NCBI GenBank assembly: GCA_025454635.1
Contig: JALOOB010000001.1
Span: 1 to 42,835 of the forward strand
Length of the DNA: 42,835 nt
Source of the DNA: Anaerolineae bacterium
GTDB lineage: Bacteria; Chloroflexota; Anaerolineae; CG2-30-64-16
Direction: 5' to 3'
Under the pieces are notes generated by a model. It saw only the letters and a program-made list of their open reading frames with translations. It made no database searches and was not told where the DNA came from. A program made the position numbers and the translations under genes. Each line of letters starts with the position of its first letter. Positions within the stretch are counted from its first letter, which is position 1. Of this stretch, positions 24,352 through 34,500 are shown in pieces.

Positions 24352-24732
24352 ATGCGATTCGCATACTTCTCGTTGCGCAGCGTTGAACGCGAGCAGTCCA
24401 TCGCCTGTGTCGCGGGCGCGCTGTCACTCGTTCCTGGTGTCCAGACCGTGACGATCCACGTCACGCAGGGCATCGTGGAAGTCGGATTCGACGCGACGCG
24501 GACGGCCGAGGACGCGCTTTGTCGCGCAGCCGCCGCGACCGGACACGTCATGAGTGCGGTGTCAAGAGCCCCAGATGATGACCGCAGACGTGCGCGTGCG
24601 GCGATCGCCCACCGCGCAGTTACGAGCGGCGTTAGCCCGAATCCCGGTGAAGGGGTGGTCGAGGGTTCGTCCTATCGCGCAATGGCGCGGTGCCGGCAAG
24701 CGCGCCCCACGAAGAACATGACCGAGACGTAA
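24352..24732 (+). CDS. HMA-fold-like small protein lacking the CxxC metal site (tentative)
   Basis: AAGGGG lies 8 nt upstream of the ATG. The first roughly 68 aa follow the ferredoxin-like HMA pattern (ALSLVPGVQTVTIHVTQGIVEVGFD...AAAATGHVM), but the GMTCxxC position reads SVEREQSIAC. The C-terminal tail is low-complexity. Confidence 0.45.
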   Translation: MRFAYFSLRSVEREQSIACVAGALSLVPGVQTVTIHVTQGIVEVGFDATRTAEDALCRAAAATGHVMSAVSRAPDDDRRRARAAIAHRAVTSGVSPNPGEGVVEGSSYRAMARCRQARPTKNMTET

Positions 24733-24825
24733 TGAACGCGACAGCTTCCGGTCCCGGGCCGGCGAATACGATCGAGTCATGGTGAAGCGCACAGGGCGCG
24801 ACGCCGCAGCCTGAAAGGAAACATC

Positions 24826-25203
24826 ATGAGCCGCCAACTTCGTCATCTTCGCAACGCCACTCTCGCCGCCGTGCTGGCACTCTCCTCCGCCACCGCCCTC
24901 GCGCAGTCTGGCGGGAAAAGCTACGGCCCGCCGCCTGGACACGACATGAACGAACAGAACATGAATGCGCCCGGCATGCGCGAGCTGATGAACAAGCAAC
25001 AGGGGACGAGCCGTGCGAGGTCGGCTGCTGCCACGGGCCACGACATGAACGAGCAGAACGAACACGCCCCCGGCATGCACGAGCGCATGCGCCGCGAGGC
25101 CGGCCCCGGGAGCTTCGTTGGTCGCCGTGACACCCTGGTGATCGAGTCGCTCCAGGACCGTCGCACCGGCGGGTATGCGATCGTCGACAACTACAACCCC
25201 TGA
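24826..25203 (+). CDS. Secreted His/Met-rich tandem-repeat protein (SilE/PcoE-like character), paralog of 16289-16681
   Basis: 125 aa with AAAGGAA upstream and the signal peptide LRNATLAAVLALSSATALA. The repeats GHDMNEQNMNAPGMRELM and GHDMNEQNEHAPGMHERM lie at about 24937-24990 and 25036-25089. Confidence 0.75.
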   Translation: MSRQLRHLRNATLAAVLALSSATALAQSGGKSYGPPPGHDMNEQNMNAPGMRELMNKQQGTSRARSAAATGHDMNEQNEHAPGMHERMRREAGPGSFVGRRDTLVIESLQDRRTGGYAIVDNYNP

Positions 25204-25320
25204 CCGTCGGCGCGGCGCCAGTCGGCGGGCGGTGGGACGGATCGTCGCCCGCCTGCCGGCACCGCATCGCCGCGCTCTACGGCCCACGGAGCTCATCCAC
25301 GCAGAGTTTGGAGACCAGAA

Positions 25321-25560
25321 ATGAAGAGCTATACCCTGACCTTGGCGCTCGCACTTTCCGCACTGGCGGCGGTTCCTTTGGCCGCCACAGCCCAGGAAGC
25401 ACCCGCCAAGAAGGAAGCGTCCCGCCCGCACCCCAAGCATGTGCACTCGCAGGAGAAAGGGACCTCCGGAGCGGCGCCCGTACCCACTCAGGCAGAGCGG
25501 GAACGCAGCGAGAAATCGGCCCAGAGGTTGCGCCACGACCACACACGGGACGGCAAGTAG
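25321..25560 (+). CDS. Small secreted His/Lys-rich protein
   Basis: 79 aa with GGAGA upstream, the signal peptide MKSYTLTLALALSALAAVPLAATA, and the motifs HPKHVHS and RHDH. Confidence 0.5.
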   Translation: MKSYTLTLALALSALAAVPLAATAQEAPAKKEASRPHPKHVHSQEKGTSGAAPVPTQAERERSEKSAQRLRHDHTRDGK

Positions 25561-25699
25561 CGCATCGCGCGCTGCCAGGCGCGCCGACCTGAGAGGGGTG
25601 GGCGGTCCCCCGCCCCGCACCTTCATCCGCTTCTTGATCCGAGCGTTGCTCGACCCAACGCGCGCGATCGGTCCGCGAGACCAAAGCGGGGAGCAGGCG

Positions 25700-27250
25700 T
25701 CAGCGTGGCAGACGCACCTTAAAGACCGTGCGACCACCAGGCACGCTCTCCACGCCGATCTGACCGCCGTGCAGGTCGACGATGGACTTCACGATCGCCA
25801 GTCCAAGTCCTGCCCCCTCCGACGTCGCCCGCCGCGCCGCGTCGCCTCGGTAGAAGCGCTCGAAAACATGGGGAAGATGCTCTGGGGAGATGCCGTCGCC
25901 CGCGTTGCTGACGCTGAACGTCGCGCCTGCCCGACCATCCTCCCAAACCTTGACGTGCACCCGACCTCCGGGCGGACTGTGCCTGACAGCGTTACTGATC
26001 AGATTTCCCAGGACTCGCTGCATGAGCGCGCGGTCCGCCTCGGCGATCGCTCGACCCGTTACATCGATCACCACACGTGCCTCGTCGGCGAGCGCCTCGA
26101 AGAAGGCACCCACCTTCGCCGCCTCTTCGTGCAACGCGATCGATTCACGCCTCAGTGTGAGGCGAGCATCATCCGCGCGAGCCAGGAACAGCATGTCGTC
26201 GACCATGCGCGATAGGCGCTCCAGTTCTTCGATGCCGCCCTCGAGCGCCGCGCGATAGTCGGATGCGCTGCGGGTACGCGTCAGGGCGATCTGGGCATTC
26301 AGCAGAAGGTTGTTGACCGGAGTCCGCAATTCGTGCGCGAGATCGGACGCAAACTCGTCCATGCGCCGAAAGGCGCGCTGCAAGCGGTCGACCATCGCGT
26401 TGTACGCGATAGCATGCTCGCGCAGCTCGGGCGGCACGCTCTCTAGCGACAGCCGCGAGTCGAAGCGATCCACCGAGAGCTCCCCGAGCGCGCGACCCAC
26501 GATCGCGAGGCGCCGGAGTGCCATCCTGACCGCGGCATGGGCGAGCAGTACGCCCAGCAAGCCCGCCGCCACAAGCGTGCCAAGCAACGTCTCCCGGTAC
26601 CGCGACAACGCGACTTTCGAAGCAGTGACGTCGAGCTCCAGCAGGATTGTCAGCGGCGGTTGGCGGACATCCTGGAGGCTGGCGGCGAACAGCGCAGTGC
26701 GGATGAACCTTGGCGTGGCTTCATTCTCGTCACGGTCGAACCGTATTTCGGGTTGCGCGTTCACCGGCGCAATCCGATGGTCGGACAGGACGACCGGTGC
26801 GATCGGCGACGACGACCAGAGCAGGTCTCCGGCCGCGCCATAGACGGTCGCATACATCTCCCGGTGCCCAATCATGGGTTCGTAGAAGCTGTGCGGATCG
26901 TCCACGATCTGCTGCTCCGATCGCGTCCGCGCCGCGACGTGGCGAAGCAAGTCCACCTTGCCGAGGATCTCGCCTCGGTTGCGCTCCTCGAGCGTGCTCG
27001 CGAACGCAAAGTCGAGATACAAGCCGACGCAAGCAAGCAGCGAGACCATGACGAGCGACACCAGCATGCTGAGCTGGGTGCCGATGCTCAGCTGACCGAG
27101 ACGCGCAGCGACACGAGGCAGCCAGGGCGCAGCCGCGGGCGTCCAGCACCCTCCTTCCGCCTTGCTCGTGGACGGTGCGACGTCTGACGCAGGCACCCTC
27201 CCGCCGTCCGCGTCGCTTCCCGCGTCGGCCTGCAGCGGTCTACTCGCCAC
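25700..27250 (-). CDS. cusS: Heavy-metal sensor histidine kinase (CusS/CopS family)
   Basis: It has two TM segments flanking a periplasmic domain, a HAMP domain, the H-box [16 protein letters not shown], the N-box [13 protein letters not shown] and G-boxes ([20 protein letters not shown]). The GTG start at 27250 overlaps the regulator stop by 11 nt, so the exact start is uncertain. Confidence 0.9.
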   Translation of the reverse strand: MASRPLQADAGSDADGGRVPASDVAPSTSKAEGGCWTPAAAPWLPRVAARLGQLSIGTQLSMLVSLVMVSLLACVGLYLDFAFASTLEERNRGEILGKVDLLRHVAARTRSEQQIVDDPHSFYEPMIGHREMYATVYGAAGDLLWSSSPIAPVVLSDHRIAPVNAQPEIRFDRDENEATPRFIRTALFAASLQDVRQPPLTILLELDVTASKVALSRYRETLLGTLVAAGLLGVLLAHAAVRMALRRLAIVGRALGELSVDRFDSRLSLESVPPELREHAIAYNAMVDRLQRAFRRMDEFASDLAHELRTPVNNLLLNAQIALTRTRSASDYRAALEGGIEELERLSRMVDDMLFLARADDARLTLRRESIALHEEAAKVGAFFEALADEARVVIDVTGRAIAEADRALMQRVLGNLISNAVRHSPPGGRVHVKVWEDGRAGATFSVSNAGDGISPEHLPHVFERFYRGDAARRATSEGAGLGLAIVKSIVDLHGGQIGVESVPGGRTVFKVRLPR

Positions 27251-27914
27251 GCGATTCCAGAACGTAACCCACCCCGCGAATGGTGTGGATCAAGCGGGCT
27301 GGAAACCCCTCGTCCACTTTTGCGCGGAGCCGGCGCACCGCCACGTCGACGACATTCGTATCGCTGTTGAAATTCATGTCCCAGACCTGCTCGGCAATCA
27401 GGGTGCGCGACAGGACCTCCCCCTTGCGACGCAGCAGCAGCGACAACAGAGCGAACTCCTTTGCGGTGAGATCGACCCGCTGACCCGCCCGCAGCACCCG
27501 CCGCCGCAGCAGATCGACCTCGAGGTCGGCCTCCTGCAACGTCTGCGGCTCGGCAACGCGGCCGCGCCGCAGCAACGTGCGGATGCGCGCGAGAAGCTCG
27601 GAGAACGCGAAGGGCTTGACGAGGTAATCGTCAGCACCCAGGTCCAGGCCCTTCACGCGATCCTCGACATGGTCCCGCGCCGTCAGAAACAAAACAGGCA
27701 CCTGACTCTGACGGCGAAGCTCGCTGAGCACCTTCCATCCGTCGATCCCCGGAAGCATCACGTCGAGGATGATCAGGTCATAGTCTCCGGTCTGCGCAAG
27801 ATGCAACCCGTCGGGCCCAGTCATGGCCGCGTCCACGACGAAGGCGCTCTCGGTCAGCCCCTTCACCAGGTATTCTGATGTGCGCGGATTGTCTTCGATC
27901 ACCAGTACACGCAT
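27240..27914 (-). CDS. cusR: OmpR-family copper/silver response regulator (CusR/CopR)
   Basis: An internal ATG at 27914 of track ORF 27240-28238 gives 224 aa, starting [20 protein letters not shown]. It has a winged helix [15 protein letters not shown]...IRGVGYVL. Confidence 0.92.
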   Translation of the reverse strand: MRVLVIEDNPRTSEYLVKGLTESAFVVDAAMTGPDGLHLAQTGDYDLIILDVMLPGIDGWKVLSELRRQSQVPVLFLTARDHVEDRVKGLDLGADDYLVKPFAFSELLARIRTLLRRGRVAEPQTLQEADLEVDLLRRRVLRAGQRVDLTAKEFALLSLLLRRKGEVLSRTLIAEQVWDMNFNSDTNVVDVAVRRLRAKVDEGFPARLIHTIRGVGYVLESRGE

Positions 27915-27960
27915 GTGCAGCCCCCCAGGGCATATTGTGATGCACAGCGGGCAGCGCTGG

Positions 27961-27976
27961 ATGACAAGCTTGTAAT
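27961..27976. promoter_or_regulatory. Copper-box-like CusR/CopR operator candidate ATGACAAGCTTGTAAT
   Basis: This is a 6-4-6 inverted repeat in the cusRS / cusCBA divergent intergenic region. It closely resembles the E. coli CusR box core ATGACAAnnTTGTCAT. Confidence 0.55.
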
Positions 27977-28027
27977 GTTGGCCCGGATGAGCGCCGCGGA
28001 CCCGGGCAGAGTGCCGGCCTTTCCCCG

Positions 28028-28051
28028 CGCGGTTGACATAGGTCAACCGCG
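28028..28051. repeat. Perfect 10-bp inverted repeat CGCGGTTGAC-ATAG-GTCAACCGCG
   Basis: Read directly from the sequence. It contains TTGACA, lies about 80 nt upstream of the 28132 start, and is in the same divergent regulatory region as the copper box. Confidence 0.6.
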
Positions 28052-28131
28052 GGGCGGGCTGCTGCCATAAGGTGTGTCCGGCACATATGGCTACCGACTC
28101 CATTTCCCGATTGGTCTCGACCCGAGCAGGG

Positions 28132-28488
28132 ATGCGCGCATCGGCACCCTGGGTCCTGCTGCTCTGGCTTGCTATCTCGGCCGGAGCGACCCTGTTCGCA
28201 TGCTGCGACGTCGCAGGCAGCGCTGTGGCTCCCGCCATGTCAGGACACCATCACGACGAAGGGACCTCGACCAGCAGCATGCCCTGCCCGACGCTGTCGG
28301 ATCTCGCCGTCAGCGAGCCCGACCCAGTGGGCACCAACTCGAACCCGCCCGATCGGCACGCGAGGCTGGTCGACGGATGCGCGTACTCGTTCGCTGCGCG
28401 CGCGCCCGACGGCAACCGCAAAGCCACCTCCGCCCCGCCGCCATCGCCGCTCGCCGTGTATCGGGCGACCCTGCGGCTGCGCATCTAG
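28132..28488 (+). CDS. Small secreted Cys/His protein preceding cusC (tentative)
   Basis: An internal ATG at 28132 gives 118 aa. It has the leader [23 protein letters not shown] and the motifs [14 protein letters not shown] and MPCP. Confidence 0.5.
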   Translation: MRASAPWVLLLWLAISAGATLFACCDVAGSAVAPAMSGHHHDEGTSTSSMPCPTLSDLAVSEPDPVGTNSNPPDRHARLVDGCAYSFAARAPDGNRKATSAPPPSPLAVYRATLRLRI

Positions 28489-28611
28489 ACCCGCCCTCCC
28501 GCAGCGACCGCTGGCGTATCCCCGCAGATACGCCAATCGTCGTGCCGGACCATCCGTCTCGGACCTGGTCCGTCGCGATGCCGATCGATCCTGCAATCCG
28601 GGGGCCATCGT

Positions 28612-29943
28612 ATGTCTGCTCCATGTCTTGCCGTCACCGGAACCACCAGTCCGGTACTACGGCGTTGGATACATTGGTTCGCCCTGCTCCTAGGGGGTTT
28701 GATTGTGTGTACGGGTGCGCAAGCCCAATGGGCGAGCGCAGCCCCGCCCGACTTGCAGGCGCTCGTCGAGGAAGCGGTGCGCCGCAACCCCGAAGTGCGC
28801 GCCGCGGCCGACGAACGCACCGCCGCGGACAGCAGGATCGCACCGGCGGGCTCGCTCGAAGATCCCATGCTGGAGGCAGGCGTCCTCAACCTGCCTACGG
28901 GCTCCTGGAGCTTTCGTGCGGAAGACATGACCATGAAGATGCTCGGGCTCTCGCAGCGACTCCCCTACCCCGGCAAGCGCCGCCTGCGCGCCGACCTCGC
29001 CCAGCTCGCTGCCGAGACGACAGCACAGGGGTATCGCGAGACGGTCAATCGCGTGATCCGCGACGTACGCGTCGCATACTACGAGCTGGCGCTCGTCGAC
29101 GCGTCGACCCGCATCGTGTTGAACAACCGCGATGTGCTGGAGCAGTTCATGCGCACGGCAGAAGCGCGGTACGCCGCAGGACAGGCCACCCAGTCAGATG
29201 TGCTCAAGGCTCAGACGCAGCTTGGCCGGATGCTCGACGAGCTGCTCCGCCTGGAACGTGAGCGGCCGACAACGGAAGCGGAGCTCCTTCGGTCTGCCGG
29301 CAAGGCGATGTTCACGATACCCATCCGGCCGGTGTTGCCCGAGGCCGGCGAGATACCGTGGAGTCTCGAGACACTGCTCGGTCAGGGTCTTGCGAATCGC
29401 CCGCAGCTTCGCGGGCTCGAGGCCGCAATCGCCCGAGCCGACAAGGCCGTGGAGCTTGCGCGGAAGGACTACCTCCCGGATATCGACGTGAAGCTGGCGT
29501 ACGGCCAGCGGGACCGGGCCGCCGACGGAATGCGCCGTGACGATATGGTCAGCGTGACGGTCGCCATCAATCTGCCCGTGTGGCGCGAGGACAAGCTCGA
29601 TCCTCGACTCGCCGAAGCAGTAGCGATGCGGGATCAGACGCGGCAGGTCTATCAGGCCCAGGTGAACGAGTTGCGGGCCAGACTGCGTCAGCAGGTCGCC
29701 ATTGCGGAGCAAAGCGCCAAGTCCGTACGCCTTTACGACACCGCGATCCTGCCCCAGGCGCGCCTGGCGGTGGAGGCGGCCTTCGCCGCCTATCGGGTAA
29801 ACCGGGTGGAGATCCTCAGCCTGCTGGACAGCCAGATGATCGTGTTCGGTTACGAGCTGAGCCGCGAGCAGGCCCGGGCGAGCCTGGGCAAGGCCGCAGC
29901 GGAGATTGATCTTCTGACCGGACGAAACGAGGTGCAACCATGA
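28612..29943 (+). CDS. cusC: Outer-membrane efflux factor, CusC/TolC family
   Basis: 443-aa ORF with a hydrophobic leader WIHWFALLLGGLIVCTGAQA and the OMF repeats LQALVEEAVRRNPEVRAA and LGQGLANRPQLRGLEAAIA. Its stop overlaps the cusB start (ATGA). Confidence 0.9.
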   Translation: MSAPCLAVTGTTSPVLRRWIHWFALLLGGLIVCTGAQAQWASAAPPDLQALVEEAVRRNPEVRAAADERTAADSRIAPAGSLEDPMLEAGVLNLPTGSWSFRAEDMTMKMLGLSQRLPYPGKRRLRADLAQLAAETTAQGYRETVNRVIRDVRVAYYELALVDASTRIVLNNRDVLEQFMRTAEARYAAGQATQSDVLKAQTQLGRMLDELLRLERERPTTEAELLRSAGKAMFTIPIRPVLPEAGEIPWSLETLLGQGLANRPQLRGLEAAIARADKAVELARKDYLPDIDVKLAYGQRDRAADGMRRDDMVSVTVAINLPVWREDKLDPRLAEAVAMRDQTRQVYQAQVNELRARLRQQVAIAEQSAKSVRLYDTAILPQARLAVEAAFAAYRVNRVEILSLLDSQMIVFGYELSREQARASLGKAAAEIDLLTGRNEVQP

Positions 29944-31541
29944 AAAAGCTCGTCGCCCTAGGGGGAATGGCGGGACTCCTGGCCATTGGCGTGGGAAGCG
30001 GGTACTGGCTGGGAAACAGAGCGCCGCAGCTCGCGTCGCCGCCTACCGCCGCGGCGGGTCGTATGGCGGAGCCGGAGCGCCGCGTCCTGTACTACCGCAA
30101 TCCCATGGGGCTCCCGGACACCTCTCCTGTGCCCAAGAAGGACCCCATGGGTATGGACTATGTTCCGGTCTTCGAAGGCGATGCGCCCGAAACCACGGCC
30201 CCCGGAGTTCGCATCAGCGTGGACAAGGTGCAGAAGATAGGCGTCCGGACGGAGACGGCCGCTGTCCGCGTCCTGTCCCGCACGATTCGAGCAGTGGGCG
30301 TGCTCCAGGCCAACGAACGGAGCCTGTACAGCGTATCGCCGAGACTCGAGGGCTGGATCGAGCGCCTTCACGTCAACGCCACCGGCCAGCCCGTCAGGCG
30401 CGGGCAGCCCCTCATGGAGATCTACAGCCCCGACCTGGTTGCCACGCAGGAGGAGTATCTGATCGCCTGGCGCGGCACGCAGTCGCTTCGCGACGCCGCT
30501 CCGGAAATTCGCAGGAGCATGGAAGTGCTCGCGGACAGCGCGCTGCAGCGGCTACGAAACTGGGAGATCTCGGAGGCCGAGATTCAGCAGCTGAGGCGCG
30601 AGGGTAGGCCGCGACAGACCATGGTGCTGCGCTCCCCCGCCTCCGGGGTGGTTCTGGAGAAGGCCGCCTTTCAGGGCATGCGCTTCATGCCCGGCGAAAT
30701 GCTGTATCGCATCGCCGACCTCTCGACGGTGTGGCTCATCGCCGATGTCTACGAGCAGGACCTCACGCAACTTCGCGTGGGCGCCCCCGTCAAGGTGCAC
30801 ATGACCGCCTACCCCGGAAGGGAGTTCGCCGGAACGGTTTCCTTCGTCTATCCCACGGTCGCCCAGGATACGCGGACCGCGCGTGCGCGGGTCGAGCTGG
30901 CCAATCCCGACGGCCTGTTGAAGCCTGAAATGTATGCGGAGGCACGTATCGAGTCTGCCGCAGGCGGCGGGGAAGCTCGGCTCTCGATTCCGGACTCCGC
31001 GGTGATTGACAGCGGCACGCGTCGCGTCGTGCTGGTTCAGCGCGACGAGGGCCGGTTCGAACCGCGCGAAGTCAGGCTAGGCCATCGCGGAGGCGGTCAC
31101 GTAGAGGTGCTGGAAGGGGTGGCCGAAGGCGAAAAGGTAGTCACCGGGGCCAATTTCCTCATCGATGCCGAGAGCAACCTGAAGGCGGCGCTGTCGTCGT
31201 TCGGGGCGCATTCCGGACATGGCACTCCCGGCGAGACGCCTGCTCCGAAGCCCTCCCCGCCTGCGGACACCGGGGCACCGAGGCCAGAGGCCTGGCGTAC
31301 ACGCGGCAGAGTGATCGAGGTCGAGGTCGCCAAAGCCAGTGTCGTGATCGAGCATGAAGCGGTGCCCGCCCTGAAGTGGCCCGCCATGACCATGCCTTTC
31401 GCCGTTCCGGACAGGACGCTCTTGCGCTCGCTGCGGCCGGGCCAGCGGATCGAGTTCGGCTTCAACCGGCTCGGGGACGGCGAGTACGCCCTCTCCGATG
31501 TAAAGCCCGGCGCCGCCGCCGAATCCCACAAGGGGCACTGA
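29940..31541 (+). CDS. cusB: Cu/Ag RND periplasmic adaptor CusB with a C-terminal CusF-like domain
   Basis: 533 aa. The N-terminal metal-binding region is YYRNPMGLPDTSPVPKKDPMGMDYVPV, followed by the HlyD-type core. The C-terminal roughly 80 aa read GRVIEVEVAKASVVIEHEAVPALKWPAMTMPFAV, matching the CusF signature. Confidence 0.92.
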   Translation: MKKLVALGGMAGLLAIGVGSGYWLGNRAPQLASPPTAAAGRMAEPERRVLYYRNPMGLPDTSPVPKKDPMGMDYVPVFEGDAPETTAPGVRISVDKVQKIGVRTETAAVRVLSRTIRAVGVLQANERSLYSVSPRLEGWIERLHVNATGQPVRRGQPLMEIYSPDLVATQEEYLIAWRGTQSLRDAAPEIRRSMEVLADSALQRLRNWEISEAEIQQLRREGRPRQTMVLRSPASGVVLEKAAFQGMRFMPGEMLYRIADLSTVWLIADVYEQDLTQLRVGAPVKVHMTAYPGREFAGTVSFVYPTVAQDTRTARARVELANPDGLLKPEMYAEARIESAAGGGEARLSIPDSAVIDSGTRRVVLVQRDEGRFEPREVRLGHRGGGHVEVLEGVAEGEKVVTGANFLIDAESNLKAALSSFGAHSGHGTPGETPAPKPSPPADTGAPRPEAWRTRGRVIEVEVAKASVVIEHEAVPALKWPAMTMPFAVPDRTLLRSLRPGQRIEFGFNRLGDGEYALSDVKPGAAAESHKGH

Positions 31542-31542
31542 A

Positions 31543-34500
31543 ATGCTCGCAAGAATCATCGAGTGGTCGGTACGCAACGTCTTCCTGGTCCTGCTCGCCA
31601 CCGCCGCGCTCGTCGCCGCCGGCGTGTATGCGGTGCTGCGCACTCCACTCGACGCGCTGCCCGATCTGTCGGACGTCCAGGTGATCGTCTATACGGAATT
31701 CCCCGGTCAGGCGCCCCAGGTCGTCGAGGATCAGGTCACCTACCCCCTGACTACTGCCATGGTGTCGGTTCCCCGCTCTAAGGTGGTGCGCGGCTTCTCG
31801 TTCTTCGGCGCATCCTTCGTCTACATCGTGTTCGAGGATGGGACCGACATCTACTGGGCTCGATCCCGCGTGCTCGAGTACTTGAACTCCGTGTCGGGCC
31901 GGCTACCACGCGGTGTGGCCCCGACGCTGGGACCGGACGCTACCGGCGTCGGCTGGGTCTATCAGTATGCGGTGCTGGGCGAGCAGCGGTCGCTGGCCGA
32001 GCTCCGCACGATCCAGGACTGGTATCTGCGCTACCAGTTGTCGAAAGCGCAGGGCGTCGCAGAGGTCGCAAGCGTCGGCGGATTCGTCAAACAGTATCAG
32101 GTGACCGTCGATCCTTTGAAGCTGCGCGCGTTCGGCGTGCCGGCGTCGGCCGTGACGCGAGTGATCAGGGAGAGCAACATCGACGTGGGCGGGCGCGTCG
32201 TCGAGCTCTCGGAGACCGAGTACATGGTGCGCGGAAAGGGCTATCTGCGCGGCGTGAGCGATCTGGAGATGCTGGTGCTCAAGGCCGAACGCGGCGTTCC
32301 TGTCCTGCTGCGCGACGTCGCTCGGGTCGAGCTGGGCCCGGACGAGCGCCGCGGGCTTGCCGAGTTGAACGGCGAGGGCGAGGTCGTCGCTGGCATCGCC
32401 ATGGCCCGCTACGGCCAGAACGCTCTCGACGTGATCCACAACCTGCGGGAAAAGATCGCGGAGGTTAGCTCCGGGCTGCCCGAGGGCGTACGTATCGAGC
32501 CCGTCTACGACCGCTCGGCGCTCATCCATCGCGCGATCGACAACCTCAGCCGCACCCTGCTCGAGGAAAGTCTGATCGTCGCACTGGTGTGCATCGTGTT
32601 CCTGCTGCACGCGCGCAGCGCGCTGGTCGCCATTCTGATGCTTCCCGTGGGTGTGCTGATCGCCTTCATCGTCATGCGATGGCTGGGCCTCAACTCGAAC
32701 ATCATGAGTCTTGGCGGCATCGCGATCGCCATTGGTGCAATGGTCGACGCCGCCATCGTCATGATCGAGAATGCCCACAAGCACCTCGAACGAAGCCCCC
32801 CGGACAAACCCCGTACGCAGATCATGATCGAAGCCTGCCGCGAGGTCGGACCGGCGCTGTTCTTCAGCCTGCTGATCATCACGGTGTCGTTCCTGCCGGT
32901 GTTCACGCTGGAGGCGCAAGAGGGGCGACTGTTCCAGCCCCTCGCATTCACCAAGACGTTCGCCATGGCGGGGGCGGCACTGCTATCGGTGACGCTGGTC
33001 CCGGTGCTGATGCTCCTTTTCGTCCGGGGCCGGATCATTCCCGAGAAGCGCAATCCCATCAATCGTGTCCTGATCTGGGCGTACCGGCCGGTGATCGCGT
33101 GGGTGCTGCGCTGGAAGAAGCTGACCATTGCCGCGGCCGTCGTCGTCTTCTCGGTATCGATCTGGCCGGCAACGCGGCTCGGCAGCGAGTTCATGCCGGC
33201 TCTTAACGAAGGCACGCTGCTCTACATGCCAGCGACGCTCCCCGGACTGTCGGTAACCAAGGCTGCGGAGATTCTGCAGACCCAGGACCGCATCATCCGT
33301 AGCTTCCCCGAGGTGGCGTCAGTCTTCGGGAAGGCAGGTCGCGCCAGCACCGCAACGGATCCGGCGCCGCTCGAGATGTTCGAAACAGTGATCAATCTCA
33401 AGCCCGAAAGCGAATGGCGGCCGGGTATGACCATGGACAAGCTCATCGCGGAGCTCGATGCCGCCTTGCAGTTTCCAGGGATCAGCAATGCCTGGACCAT
33501 GCCCATCCGGGCGCGGATCGACATGCTCTCGACCGGCATCCGGACGCCGATCGGGGTCAAGGTGTTCGGTCGGGATCTCGCCGAAATGGAGCGGATCGCC
33601 CAGCAGATCGAAAGTGTCGTAAAGGGCGTTCCCGGGACGACCAGCGCCTATGCCGAACGAATCACCGGAGGCTACTACCTGGACATCGAACCGGACCGCG
33701 CGGCACTGGCCCGTTACGGAATGGCGGTTGGAGACCTGCAGGAGGTCATCGCCACCGCGCTCGGCGGCGAGACCGTCACGACGGCGGTGGAGGGGCGCGA
33801 ACGCTTCAGCGTCAGCGTACGCTATCCGCGGGAGCTGCGGGACGATCCACACGCGATCGCCGAGCAGGTCCTCGTGGCGGCGATGGACGGAACCCGCATT
33901 CCCCTCGGCCAGGTGGCGCGCGTCCGTCTGACCAAGGGCCCGCCCAGCATCAGGACCGAGAACGCGCTCCTGTCGGCGTACATCTACGTCGACATCCGCG
34001 ACCGCGACATCGGGGGCTATGTCGCTGACGCGCAGCGCGCGGTGCGCGAGCAGGTCACTTTTCCGCCGGGCTACTTTGCGACCTGGAGCGGTCAGTTCGA
34101 GTACATGGAGCGTGCCAAGGCCAAGCTGAAGGTCGTAGTCCCGGTCACGCTGCTACTGATCTTCCTGCTGCTCTATCTCAACTTCAGGCGCATGGAGGAA
34201 ACCCTGATCGTCATGCTGTCTGTCCCCTTCGCGCTGGTAGGCGGGGTATGGCTCATGTACCTGCTCGACTACAACATGAGCGTTGCCGTGGCCGTCGGCT
34301 TCATCGCGCTGGCTGGTGTTGCCGCGGAGACGGGCGTCGTCATGTTGATCTACCTCGATCATGCGTACGATCGGGTCTGCGCGGCGCGTGCCTCGGAGGG
34401 CAAGCCGGTCACCGAAGCAGACCTCTACGAGGCCGTCATGGAGGGTGCGGTCGAGCGTGTGCGGCCCAAGATGATGACGGTCATCGCGATCATGGCGGGT

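Noticed and set aside
24562-25737. 391-aa minus-strand ORF, with similar very long ORFs at 4637-5749(+), 12083-13495(+), 18681-19703(+), 37524-38852(-), 31903-32919(-) and 27162-27878(+)
   Set aside because: These are Arg/Ala/Pro/Gly-rich, motif-free translations lying antisense to, or out of frame with, genes that have clear family signatures. They are typical shadow ORFs of high-GC DNA.
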